Part shown: positions 45,368-53,972 of the stretch, piece by piece
How the letters are laid out: each line of letters opens with the position of its first letter
Numbering within the stretch: the stretch's first letter is position 1
Notes under the pieces: model-generated
Database searches by the model: none
Told to the model about the DNA's origin: nothing
The model's input: only the letters and a program-made list of their open reading frames with translations
Position numbers and translations under genes: made by a program
Virus record (IMG/VR): IMGVR_UViG_3300037247_001878
Location: 1-56,927 of that record
Reading direction: 5' to 3' (one strand)
Length of the DNA stretch: 56,927 nucleotides
Source: a virus
Taxonomy: Duplodnaviria > Caudoviricetes

Positions 45368-46063
45368 ATGATGTTGTCGCGGATCATCGTTGCCGCCCTC
45401 TTGACCGCGTCCGCGATTTTCGCCGCGGTCAGGATCTATTGGCCGGACATCATCGCCCAGCCGGCCAGCGCGGCGGCGTTCCTGGGCGCGCTGGCGGGCG
45501 CCGGCGGCGGCCTGCTGGCCATCATCTTCGGCGCCGTGATCAACGCCGAGCTGAACCGCCGCCGCGACGATCGGCTGCGTGGGGAACAGGCCCGCACGCT
45601 CGCTGTCGCGTTGCGCGCCGAGCTGAGCACGCTTATGGCCGAGGCGGCCTCCCGCGTCAGCAGTGTCGAGTCGCTGCGGGCGACGGATGGCCCTGTGAAC
45701 CCGGCCCAAGTCGTCCATCTGGACATCCCGGCCAAGAAGGTTTTTGGTAGCAACACCCACCACCTCGGCGATCTTGGCGACCGCGCCGCGATTGCCGTGA
45801 TCGCAGCCCACGCGGGGTCGGATGAAATTCGCAGCGATATCGCCGGCGCGCGCGCCCACGCGTCTGACGATTTTATAGATGACAACAACCTCGAGGTATT
45901 TGCGCGGAATTTCCGAAATCTTTTCGAAGCGGCCGCAAAGGGCATCAATGCTCTCAACGCGTTTCTCGGCGAAGCCGCGAGTTTCCCCGACCCGGGATCG
46001 GTCTTGGATCAGGCGCTGGCCGCCCACGCGAGCGAACCTGGTCCCAGAGTATCCACTAAGTAA
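45368..46063 (+). CDS. Membrane protein, oppositely oriented moron-like gene
   Basis: Two N-terminal TM helices plus a helical domain, fits between minus-strand genes. Confidence 0.6.
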   Translation: MMLSRIIVAALLTASAIFAAVRIYWPDIIAQPASAAAFLGALAGAGGGLLAIIFGAVINAELNRRRDDRLRGEQARTLAVALRAELSTLMAEAASRVSSVESLRATDGPVNPAQVVHLDIPAKKVFGSNTHHLGDLGDRAAIAVIAAHAGSDEIRSDIAGARAHASDDFIDDNNLEVFARNFRNLFEAAAKGINALNAFLGEAASFPDPGSVLDQALAAHASEPGPRVSTK

Positions 46064-46112
46064 AACGCGGGGCATTTCAGGTACTCGCCTCTGGGCGCTC
46101 GGCCGTTCCGCT

Positions 46113-46694
46113 CTAATCCTCTATCAGATACGGTTGGTCGTAGTTGCCGCGCCGTCTTGACCGCTCGAGCAATTTCGCCTGAATTTCGGTCACGTCCAAC
46201 GTCGGCATCATTGACTCGATTTTGGGCAGGCTGTTCAGAAACTCGATAGCGGCCGCAGAATTGAGGCCATTGGCGATCACCTCGGTCTGTGCGCGGACGC
46301 TTTCGGCTTCGATTTGCACCCGCGCGACCTTCTCCAACGTGTCGATTTCCGCTTTAGCCACACGCCGGAGTTCCTCCCGGCGTTGTCGATATTCGTTCTC
46401 GCCGCGCCGCGCCCAAGAGAAGTTGATCTTCGGTTGGAACTCCTTGGGTATGCCGAGTTTCTCGGCCTCGGCCTCTATTTCTTCGTTGGCCTTCTTTGCA
46501 GCCGCTATTGCCGCGTCGCTCGCCGCCTTCCAGACATCGTTCGTGGCGAAGTCGTGAACCGCAGAAATCTTTTGCTCGAATTCCGCAAGCATAGCGGTTG
46601 ACCGCTGATCGGCGGCGGTTTTGCAGACCCTTTCGCGCTGCTTGATGAGTCGGATGAGGTCGTCTCGCTCGCCTTTTGTCATTTGGCCTTGCAT
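46113..46694 (-). CDS. Hypothetical coiled-coil protein
   Basis: AGGAGA RBS, TGATG coupling. Confidence 0.7.
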   Translation of the reverse strand: MQGQMTKGERDDLIRLIKQRERVCKTAADQRSTAMLAEFEQKISAVHDFATNDVWKAASDAAIAAAKKANEEIEAEAEKLGIPKEFQPKINFSWARRGENEYRQRREELRRVAKAEIDTLEKVARVQIEAESVRAQTEVIANGLNSAAAIEFLNSLPKIESMMPTLDVTEIQAKLLERSRRRGNYDQPYLIED

Positions 46695-47839
46695 CACACT
46701 GTCTCTCCTTCGCTGTCTTCTGATACCTGATCCCTGGCCTCTGGAGTCTCGTTCCCCCACACCGTCCAGCCCTTGCGTTCGCTCCGCGCGAAGAGCTCCA
46801 GGTAGAGCCCGCCGACCAGGCGCTCGATGCGGGCGCGCACCTCCTCGGGCTTGGCCGAGTGGTCGCCGCGCGGCGCGATCACCAGCTCGTCGACGTCGGT
46901 GGCCAGGCGCGGCGGAGCGCCCTTGCGCAGCAGCAGGCAGACCTCGACGTTGGCCGCGGTCCAATGGCCGTTGCCCCGGTGGAAGTCCTTGAGGTGGATG
47001 CCCTGCTCTATGGCCTCGGCATCGAACGACGGGTTGGTCTTGAGCCAGGTGAAGGCAATGGTCGAGAACTCGAACACCGGCTTGTCCGACCCGTCGTCGG
47101 CCCAGGCGGTCAGGATGCGGTGCGTGTTCCAGATGTTCGGCCCCGAGGTCCAGTAAAACAGCGCGGTGTCGGGGGCCGCGAGCGCCCGCACGATCGGCCC
47201 CATGGCGATCAGTTCCTCGACCGTCATGGTCGCGTAGTGCATCTCGGCCGAGCGCCCGCCGCCCGACTCGCTGTAGTTCACATATTCGCTCGGCACGTCG
47301 ACCAGGATGGTCGCGAATTCGTTCGGGCGGTCGAAGGCGAGCGCCTCAAGGTCGTCGATGGTGCAGCCGGTCTCGCCGGCGTTGCGCGCCTTGGCGGCGC
47401 GGATCTTGATCAGGTTGCGCAGGCCGCTCGAGCTCGGCATGCGCTCGCCGCTGTGGCCCGCCAGGTAGGCGTTGAAGTCGGCCTCGGGCATGGCGGCGCA
47501 GGCCTGCCAATTCGCGGATTGGCTCTTGTTGATGCCAAGGTCCTTCAACGTGGTCGCATCATGCGACCGCGTTGGCGCCGCCGCGCCCTTGTTTTTCTCC
47601 ATGGCGCCGAGCATCTCGCCGGCGCGGCGCTCGGCGCGTAGCTTGATCTCTGCCGACCAGCGCATGAGGTCCAGGTCCTGGGCCTGGCGCGCATAGGCCC
47701 GCATGGCCTCGGCCTTGTCGCGGATGTCTTTGACCTCGTCGAAATCGTGGGCCACGGCGAGCGCCTGTCGTGCGGCCTCGTAGCGCTGCAGGGCGCGGCC
47801 GGGGGTCGAATCGGGAACGCCGACTTTCAAGACCATCAT
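46694..47839 (-). CDS. MT-A70 family methyltransferase with N-terminal helical domain
   Basis: HYATM, LFYW, F.W.K, HSAKP, YLELFAR...GW.VWGNE; motif IV reads DVPS. Confidence 0.8.
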   Translation of the reverse strand: MMVLKVGVPDSTPGRALQRYEAARQALAVAHDFDEVKDIRDKAEAMRAYARQAQDLDLMRWSAEIKLRAERRAGEMLGAMEKNKGAAAPTRSHDATTLKDLGINKSQSANWQACAAMPEADFNAYLAGHSGERMPSSSGLRNLIKIRAAKARNAGETGCTIDDLEALAFDRPNEFATILVDVPSEYVNYSESGGGRSAEMHYATMTVEELIAMGPIVRALAAPDTALFYWTSGPNIWNTHRILTAWADDGSDKPVFEFSTIAFTWLKTNPSFDAEAIEQGIHLKDFHRGNGHWTAANVEVCLLLRKGAPPRLATDVDELVIAPRGDHSAKPEEVRARIERLVGGLYLELFARSERKGWTVWGNETPEARDQVSEDSEGETV

Positions 47840-48405
47840 TGCGGCTCCGGCTCGTCATTTATGTAATTTAGAAATAGCCGCTGTGCTTCTGGCCATGCGA
47901 CGTCCCACGGTTTCTTGATCGCCTCGAATTGAGCGTATGCAATTGCGGTTCGGCGGCTTCCGGAGTCCCGCAGGTTGCTTGCGTCGCGGTGTCGGCGCCG
48001 GATTAGGCTCCGCAATCCGGAAGAGGACGGCATCTTGTCGCCGGTATGGGACGCCAAGTAGGCTTCGAAGGCGGTCGCGGGCATCTTCGCCGATGCCTGG
48101 GCGCGGGCGGAGAGGTCGCGCGTGATGCCGAGCCCCTTGAGGGTCGCACGTTGCGACGTTTTTCCTGGCCGCCCTGGGCCGTCCTCGCGCGCGCCGCTGG
48201 CGGCCATCTCGATCAGCAACCGGCCGAGCCGGTGCTCGGCGCGCAACTTGATCTCGACGGCCATGCGCTGCAGGTCGGTGTCGCGCACGATCTCGCCGTA
48301 GCGGCGCACCGCCTCCATCTTGTCGCGGATCTCCAACACCTCGTCGATGGAGTGGGCCTCGGCGAGCGCTGCGCGCGCGGCGGCGTATTTTATCAGTGCG
48401 GTCAT
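47836..48405 (-). CDS. Stand-alone paralogue of the MT-A70 N-terminal domain
   Basis: Shares Y.AAR.ALA.AH..DEV..IRDK.EA, EIKLRAE.R.G, TLK.LGI and MPSSSGLR with the downstream gene. Confidence 0.75.
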   Translation of the reverse strand: MTALIKYAAARAALAEAHSIDEVLEIRDKMEAVRRYGEIVRDTDLQRMAVEIKLRAEHRLGRLLIEMAASGAREDGPGRPGKTSQRATLKGLGITRDLSARAQASAKMPATAFEAYLASHTGDKMPSSSGLRSLIRRRHRDASNLRDSGSRRTAIAYAQFEAIKKPWDVAWPEAQRLFLNYINDEPEPQ

Positions 48406-48427
48406 GGGGCGAATCGGCTCGTTTTTG

Positions 48428-48625
48428 CTACTCACCGAAAATGTCTTCATGCGACCCGAGTTCTTCTGCTGCTGCCTTGACCATGTTCCAAAGGCGCACG
48501 GGGATGGACGCGCAGATGGTTGTTTCGGGTGACGCCAGCGCCCTCTGGTTTTCAGCGTTATCCCTGTCCAGACACGCCAACACTGCGTCATACAATGCTT
48601 CAAGCTTTTCAGTCCTCTCGGCCAT
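48428..48625 (-). CDS. Hypothetical protein
   Basis: AGGAGGAG RBS before ATG 48625. Confidence 0.55.
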   Translation of the reverse strand: MAERTEKLEALYDAVLACLDRDNAENQRALASPETTICASIPVRLWNMVKAAAEELGSHEDIFGE

Positions 48626-48644
48626 AGCAAAACTCCTCCTTTTC

Positions 48645-48983
48645 TCACGCTGCCAGCGGCGCCCATTTTCGTCGTATGACGTAGAGTGCGCCGCCTCGAC
48701 CACCACAGCCGATGTTCGGTATGCTCCAGCCGATATCGCGGAATTTCCGGTTAATTGTGTTAACCATAACGCTGACATGACCGTTCATCATCCCGGTCAG
48801 CTCCGCTAGTTGAAAGGTCGTTAACCCGCCAGGAGTCCGCAGCAATGCCTTCACGATTGTCTCCGACGCCGGCCCCAGCGCCACGGCGCCGGTGTCACAA
48901 AAAATGATGTTCCGGTGGAATCGTAGATCATCGTTGGATAATTTGCCGCCGCAGATTGGGCACTCTGAACTTCCGGCAGACAT
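48645..48983 (-). CDS. Zn-ribbon plus winged-helix-like protein
   Basis: CPICGG, then GLTTFQLAEL...VSVMVNTINRKF. Confidence 0.55.
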   Translation of the reverse strand: MSAGSSECPICGGKLSNDDLRFHRNIIFCDTGAVALGPASETIVKALLRTPGGLTTFQLAELTGMMNGHVSVMVNTINRKFRDIGWSIPNIGCGGRGGALYVIRRKWAPLAA

Positions 48984-48997
48984 ATTGCTATTCCGCT

Positions 48998-49192
48998 CTA
49001 TTTCGTACTTGCTGTTTCGGCCCGGTCCAGCTCACGCCAGCCATCGAGCCAAGCCCGGATGAAACCGCGTGCGAATGTCACCGAACCGCCATGTGTCCGG
49101 TGATCCTCATAGGGGCACGCCGTTTCCGGGAAGCCATCACGGCGGGCTTGCCGTCCCTTTTCTCGCACCGTTTCAAAGGCCTGATTGCCCAT
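48998..49192 (-). CDS. Rmf/CrpP-like small protein
   Basis: KGRQARRDG....CPY...RAWLDGW pattern. Confidence 0.6.
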   Translation of the reverse strand: MGNQAFETVREKGRQARRDGFPETACPYEDHRTHGGSVTFARGFIRAWLDGWRELDRAETASTK

Positions 49193-49211
49193 CACTCGGC
49201 CTCGTTTTCGG

Positions 49212-49409
49212 TTATGGACCCGATCCATGCGGCGGCACCAAGCGGCCGGGATCAGTTGTCTCGCCGAATAGGCCATCCAAGACAGCCTTGATTATATTGT
49301 TCTGGTCAGTGTCGATCTGCTCCGGCTTCCATGCGTCGTCATATTCGACAACATCTGTCAGGGCCTCGCGCATGTTGATCCACCGGGCTTCTGCTTCGGC
49401 TCTGGTCAT
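49212..49409 (-). CDS. Hypothetical protein
   Basis: Short co-oriented ORF. Confidence 0.4.
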   Translation of the reverse strand: MTRAEAEARWINMREALTDVVEYDDAWKPEQIDTDQNNIIKAVLDGLFGETTDPGRLVPPHGSGP

Positions 49410-49475
49410 AGGCTCATACCCTCGTTTGTTGACACTTAGGTGGTGAGGCGGGCTGCCGGTCCTGTCGCGCTACTT

Positions 49476-49691
49476 TCAGGTCTGACCTATGGACGGGCAC
49501 CTTCCCACCTCACCGCCAAAATGCTCCCGCAGCGCCCGCAGGCAGGCCATCAACTCGGGCCGGTTCCTTGTGGCGCCGGAGATATGTTCTTCGTAAATTT
49601 GGGCCCGTTCGACGCCGTGTTTTTTGAGGGCGTCCCGCTGTAGATTGAGGTTCTGGTCTTCGGTCGAGACCCGTGCATATCCGATCAGCAT
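49476..49691 (-). pseudogene. Truncated serine resolvase/invertase
   Basis: MLIGYARVSTEDQNLNLQRDAL...ISGATRNRPEL..CL then loss of similarity before the DRL motif. Confidence 0.8.
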
Positions 49692-49864
49692 CGCGATTCC
49701 CCCCTGTACTTTTCTCCATGGGTTTCCGCGACATAGCCGGAATCGGGGTTTTGCACCACAGTTCCGCACGCCGCGCTGCCCCGTAAGGCTGTCGCATTAT
49801 ATCACCAGGCACGGTTCTGGTGCTCGGGGGGCTAAAAACGGGGTGTGCGAAACTCATCTCGACC

Positions 49865-50422
49865 TTACTTTTCAGGTGCCGTGGTGGGCGCGTCGGTGCT
49901 GCAGTTGGGGGACCCATTGACGTTGGCCGCCGGAAGCTCGACGTAGGCGCCTGCAAGCCCGCTACGTGCGAGATGCCAAGCATCATCGGCCCCATAGGCG
50001 ACCAGCACGGAAGGCGCCCCAGCGTTGGCCGCAGCGCGCTCGCCATTCTGCCGGTGGAAATACAGGCGGCCCTCAAAGAACAGGGCGCCGCGCGCCGCAG
50101 TCGCGCGCCAGACGGTCTCCCAGAACCACCGGGTTTCGGTCCGGGCGAAGGTGAGTGCGGTTCCCTGGCCGTGTTTCGCGAGGCGCCGGAGCCATTTCAC
50201 GGCCTCGCGCCCATAAGGCGGGTTGAGCCAGACGCGGCCGGCCCATGGTTGGGATAAGCCGTCGTCGGCCGGGGTGTAGTGTCGCGCCGCCATGTTCCAA
50301 GGCCGATCAGCAGGCGCGCAGGGATCGAGGTCGAAATGCCCCAAAGCAGCCAGGATCTCGGGCGGCGTAAGCCAAACGTCTGAGATCATTTTTGCGCTTT
50401 GATGTGAGCCCATAGAAGCCAT
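49865..50422 (-). CDS. Phage N6-adenine methyltransferase
   Basis: WLTPP, FDLDPCA, DGL...W, VWLNPPYG, ARTETRWF. Confidence 0.88.
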   Translation of the reverse strand: MASMGSHQSAKMISDVWLTPPEILAALGHFDLDPCAPADRPWNMAARHYTPADDGLSQPWAGRVWLNPPYGREAVKWLRRLAKHGQGTALTFARTETRWFWETVWRATAARGALFFEGRLYFHRQNGERAAANAGAPSVLVAYGADDAWHLARSGLAGAYVELPAANVNGSPNCSTDAPTTAPEK

Positions 50423-50423
50423 T

Positions 50424-50744
50424 TCAGCGCGACTCCGAATCTGCCTCAAAACGGGACGTGTCCTTACGGAAGGCGTCGAAGTGTAATTCCACGTCGTGTT
50501 TCAGGTCGTTAAAGTGGTCTGAGGTATTTCCGTAGGAGATCAGCAGCCCGTGCGCATCTGCTAGGGCCTGCTTGAGCCGCTCGACCTCGGTGACTTTCTC
50601 GTCGGTCAGGCACCGCCAATAGTCAGCATCCCCCCAGCAATCCTCGCAATACGGCCCCCAATCGTTGTCGGTGTAGAGACTGTCGTCGCCACGTCCAGCT
50701 CGCCCGGTAGTGCCTTCGCACTGGCAACAGATTTCAAGGCTCAT
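50424..50744 (-). CDS. Hypothetical Cys-containing protein
   Basis: CCQC...CEDC; coupled ORF in the early operon. Confidence 0.55.
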   Translation of the reverse strand: MSLEICCQCEGTTGRAGRGDDSLYTDNDWGPYCEDCWGDADYWRCLTDEKVTEVERLKQALADAHGLLISYGNTSDHFNDLKHDVELHFDAFRKDTSRFEADSESR

Positions 50745-51237
50745 TTGTCGTCTCCGGCGTTGTCGCTTTAGGGGACGCCCGCCGGGCGGCGGCGATCTCC
50801 TTGGGATCGGTGGGGCAGTCCGACCAATCAGACGCGATCCGCCGTAACGGGCTGGCTGCCTCGATCACCTCGTCAATCGCTTCGCGGAACTCGTCGCGCC
50901 AGCGATCATCGTCGTACTCGTATGAACCACGGCCCAGTCGCAGCCATTCCCGGCGCCTTATGGCCTCCATGATCGCGGTGAAAGTCTCGGCTACCTGCGA
51001 GCGGTCGCGCTCGTTCACGGCTTTCAACCGCTCGATCTCGTCACTTTGTCGCTTGATGATCTCGCCTCGCGCTCGCCTCGATTCCAAGAGTTCATCAAGG
51101 GTGACGCTGTAGGATCGGCACTCCATGGCAACTGGCATATCCCATCGGGAGCCCTCGCCGCCGACCTTCCTCAGTTGAACCCACCCATCGCGCCCCAGGA
51201 ATTGGATGCTGCGGATTTTGATCGAATTAGTGGTCAT
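50734..51237 (-). CDS. Hypothetical protein
   Basis: Coupled ORF in the early operon. Confidence 0.55.
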   Translation of the reverse strand: MTTNSIKIRSIQFLGRDGWVQLRKVGGEGSRWDMPVAMECRSYSVTLDELLESRRARGEIIKRQSDEIERLKAVNERDRSQVAETFTAIMEAIRRREWLRLGRGSYEYDDDRWRDEFREAIDEVIEAASPLRRIASDWSDCPTDPKEIAAARRASPKATTPETTNEP

Positions 51238-51404
51238 TCTGGCGATTCCCCAGATCGTTCGAAACGGGACTTTTCCGCTAATGCGGCTTTGTAAATGTCG
51301 ATAGCGATCCGGGCGATGGTTTCTTCAGAAAGACACCGCTCGGCCACAGCAGCCATATCAATTGTCTCGGCTACCGCTTTTTCTATCGCTTCTAAATCAG
51401 TCAT
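51234..51404 (-). CDS. Hypothetical protein
   Basis: MTDLEAIEKAVAE start, ATGA overlap downstream. Confidence 0.45.
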   Translation of the reverse strand: MTDLEAIEKAVAETIDMAAVAERCLSEETIARIAIDIYKAALAEKSRFERSGESPE

Positions 51405-51666
51405 GATCAGTCTCAATAAGGGACGCGGCTGCGCGGACCTCTTTAAGCTCTTGCTCGCCAATCTCACGCCAGCGATCGCCATGGGTCAGATAGAGCTTGA
51501 CCATCCAATGCAGAACGAACGCCTGCTCGGCCTCGGCTTTCCGTGGGATGTCCGCGCCGGCGGCCTGGAAGATATGAGCAATAGGGCCGCAAACGAAGTT
51601 TGGCCGGCCCAATATGTCTTGAAGCTCGGGCGTCATTTCGCTCGGGTAAACCATCGAATCGGTCAT
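51397..51666 (-). CDS. Hypothetical phage protein
   Basis: ILGRPNFVCGPIA...RKAEAEQA motif; coupled overlaps. Confidence 0.6.
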   Translation of the reverse strand: MTDSMVYPSEMTPELQDILGRPNFVCGPIAHIFQAAGADIPRKAEAEQAFVLHWMVKLYLTHGDRWREIGEQELKEVRAAASLIETDHD

Positions 51667-51866
51667 TTCTTGATGCCTTCCGGATCTGGCTTACAAACCG
51701 ACGAACTGCGGCCCATGTCCGTCAGAGCCCGCCGCGCGAGCTGTCTTGCGGTCTCGCCGCCCAATGCCCGGCCATTGTCTTTTCGGCCACGGGCGATCTC
51801 GATCAGCGCTTCCTGAAAGCGGACGGCGGTCTTGAAGCAATCGCTCACATGCTCGTGCAGGCTCAT
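51663..51866 (-). CDS. Hypothetical protein
   Basis: ATGA overlaps on both sides. Confidence 0.5.
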   Translation of the reverse strand: MSLHEHVSDCFKTAVRFQEALIEIARGRKDNGRALGGETARQLARRALTDMGRSSSVCKPDPEGIKK

Positions 51867-52075
51867 GGCTCGCCGGCCTCACAATCGGAGCCGAGCGCAC
51901 GGGCTACCGGCGCTAGAGCGGCGCTAATACGGTTCATACGTTCGGCATTGCAGGGCTGGCACCAGAGCTTCGACCACCACGTTCCTGCTGGTCTTCCACA
52001 GCTCTCGATACAGGCTATGCCAGAGTGATGCTTTGGGCCGTTATGCGGGTCGTGAGGGTCCTCGTAGCGCTTCAT
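51863..52075 (-). CDS. Hypothetical Cys/His-rich protein
   Basis: CIESC...CQPC; ATGA overlap. Confidence 0.5.
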   Translation of the reverse strand: MKRYEDPHDPHNGPKHHSGIACIESCGRPAGTWWSKLWCQPCNAERMNRISAALAPVARALGSDCEAGEP

Positions 52076-52231
52076 TTCGGCGGTTCCCCAGATCGTACGG
52101 AATCGGACCGGCGCGGCCGCCCGGTTATGGCTTCACCCAATTGCTTCCGGCACTCCTGCAACGTAATGGCCATCAAGCTGATATTGTCATCGTTCAACAT
52201 CTTCTGGATATCGTGGTCGAATCCGCTAGGT

Positions 52232-52492
52232 TCACCCATCGGTCGCTCCTGTCTTAGAATCGGACTTGACCGCCCCGCAGGCTCTCAGCAACTCAATGAT
52301 CGGATGGCCAGTTGTGGGGTGAATGCCTTTGGCTTGCTTTTCGCGAAGGGCGTCCATGGCGACCTCTTTCCCAAGCTCCCGCAGCCGTTCGATCTCAGCC
52401 TTTTCCATAAGCTCGAAATTCGTCCCCTCACACATCCGCTGAATTTCACCGGGGCTGCTACAGCGAGCCAATTTTTCCCAAATTGTCATCAT
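52232..52492 (-). CDS. Hypothetical protein
   Basis: GGAGG RBS, ATGA overlap. Confidence 0.5.
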   Translation of the reverse strand: MMTIWEKLARCSSPGEIQRMCEGTNFELMEKAEIERLRELGKEVAMDALREKQAKGIHPTTGHPIIELLRACGAVKSDSKTGATDG

Positions 52493-52776
52493 TTCGGCAC
52501 CTCCGGGATTCGTTCGTTAAGGGACCCGCGCGCCGTCGCTAGCCCCGCGCGCCGGACCTCGGCGCGGTAGCGCAAAACCAGCAGCCGCAGGGCGCCGTAG
52601 TCGAGATTCCCGTGGACGAAGTGCTGCACCGCCTCGAGCACGCGGTCGATGGCCTGGATCAGGGCCTTGTCCCCGTGCGGCGGATCCTGGGTGTCGGGTC
52701 CGGGGTTGACATGCGGGCGCCGCCGCGGCGGCTGCAGGTCGGTCTCGTCGAGCGTCCGATCCGGCGGCCGGCTCAT
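52489..52776 (-). CDS. Hypothetical protein
   Basis: Co-oriented ORF. Confidence 0.5.
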   Translation of the reverse strand: MSRPPDRTLDETDLQPPRRRPHVNPGPDTQDPPHGDKALIQAIDRVLEAVQHFVHGNLDYGALRLLVLRYRAEVRRAGLATARGSLNERIPEVPK

Positions 52777-52809
52777 TTCGCTTGCGCTCCAGATATCGGA
52801 TGACAGGGA

Positions 52810-53304
52810 TCAGGCATCGGACCTGGCCTGGGCCCTGCGCCGTGCGCGCGTCCGACTTAATTTCACGCGCACCGCATCGTGGCTCTTGCCGACGATGACC
52901 GCGAGCTGCCGGTCGGTCAGCTTCCCCTGGCCGCCCGAGCGGGCCAAGCGCAGGACCTCGATTTCGTGGTCTCGCCAATCGTCGCGCGGCGGCCGGAGCG
53001 GTCCTTTACGCTCCGGCCCGCCGCCGCCCAAGCCGGGGCGGGATGTTCCACGTGAAACTGTGTCATCGGGGTTCGGCCGTGCCCGCGGCATACCGGCGAA
53101 GCCGTAGTCCCAGCACAGCGCCAAGGCCTGGCTCACTGGGCCGCGGCAGATTGCCTTTAGCGCCCCCTCGGCGTCACAGACTCTATGGGGGTTGACCTGC
53201 TCCGGCTGGGCCAGATGCGCGCCCGCAAGCCGGCCCTGCACGACCGCCCAATAGGCCGGGTTGACCGAGGTGGCCGGGATCTGGTCGGGACCCGGATCAG
53301 GCAT
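52810..53304 (-). CDS. Hypothetical protein with C-terminal HTH
   Basis: W...EIEVLRL...TDRQLAVIVGKSHDAVRVKLSR; TGATG coupling. Confidence 0.55.
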   Translation of the reverse strand: MPDPGPDQIPATSVNPAYWAVVQGRLAGAHLAQPEQVNPHRVCDAEGALKAICRGPVSQALALCWDYGFAGMPRARPNPDDTVSRGTSRPGLGGGGPERKGPLRPPRDDWRDHEIEVLRLARSGGQGKLTDRQLAVIVGKSHDAVRVKLSRTRARRRAQARSDA

Positions 53305-53972
53305 CAGTCGGCGACCTCCTTTAGAAACCACTCCCGGTCCTCGGGCGGGGTCATGTCCCAGACCAAGCGGAGCGTGGCGCGATACTTGTTCACCTCGAGC
53401 TCGACCGGCGCGCCTTGCGCGCGCTGCGACCGTTCCAGCTCGTGGCCGAGCAGCAGCACCCGCTCGCGCAACTCGCTTTCCGTCTCGTGCAGCCGTTCGT
53501 TCTGCGATTGCAGCGCGGCCTTGTCGGCGCGCAGGTCGCGCGCCTTGCCCTGTTCGTCCTTGAGCGCCGCCTTGATCTCCTCGACGCCCTTCCGGTCGAC
53601 CTTCCCGCCGGCCTCGGCTTTCTCCATCGCCGCCTCAACGACTTCCGGCTCGGTCGAGGGCGCCGCCAAGAGGTAGAGAGCCTCATGCGTCACTTTCAAA
53701 TTCGTCAGGCTGACGACTTTTTTGCCAAATTTCTCCGATACTTGCATCAAGCGGGCTGCCGTTGGTTCCGACATCCCGAGTTCGCGCTCGATCCAATACA
53801 GAAACTTCTTGCGGCCCAGCGTGTTCTTCGCGGCGGTCAGGTCGCGCCCGATCTCGATGATGTCCTCGACGCTGCGCCGCAAGCGCGTGCGGATGCGGTC
53901 GGCCGCCGCGCGCAGGTCGAGCGCGGCGGCCGGCGCCAGCGTGGTGTCATCGAAGGGCGCGACCTGGTTCAT
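53304..53972 (-). CDS. DUF3102-like phage protein
   Basis: IIEIGRDL.AAK..LG...FL.WI..E.GMS..TA.RLM motif plus coiled coil. Confidence 0.7.
   Translation of the reverse strand: MNQVAPFDDTTLAPAAALDLRAAADRIRTRLRRSVEDIIEIGRDLTAAKNTLGRKKFLYWIERELGMSEPTAARLMQVSEKFGKKVVSLTNLKVTHEALYLLAAPSTEPEVVEAAMEKAEAGGKVDRKGVEEIKAALKDEQGKARDLRADKAALQSQNERLHETESELRERVLLLGHELERSQRAQGAPVELEVNKYRATLRLVWDMTPPEDREWFLKEVAD

Noticed and set aside
48751-48824. CtrA-like TTAA motifs
   Set aside because: Spacing is imperfect (N5, or TTGA-N7-TTAA) and the motifs lie inside a coding region; too weak to call
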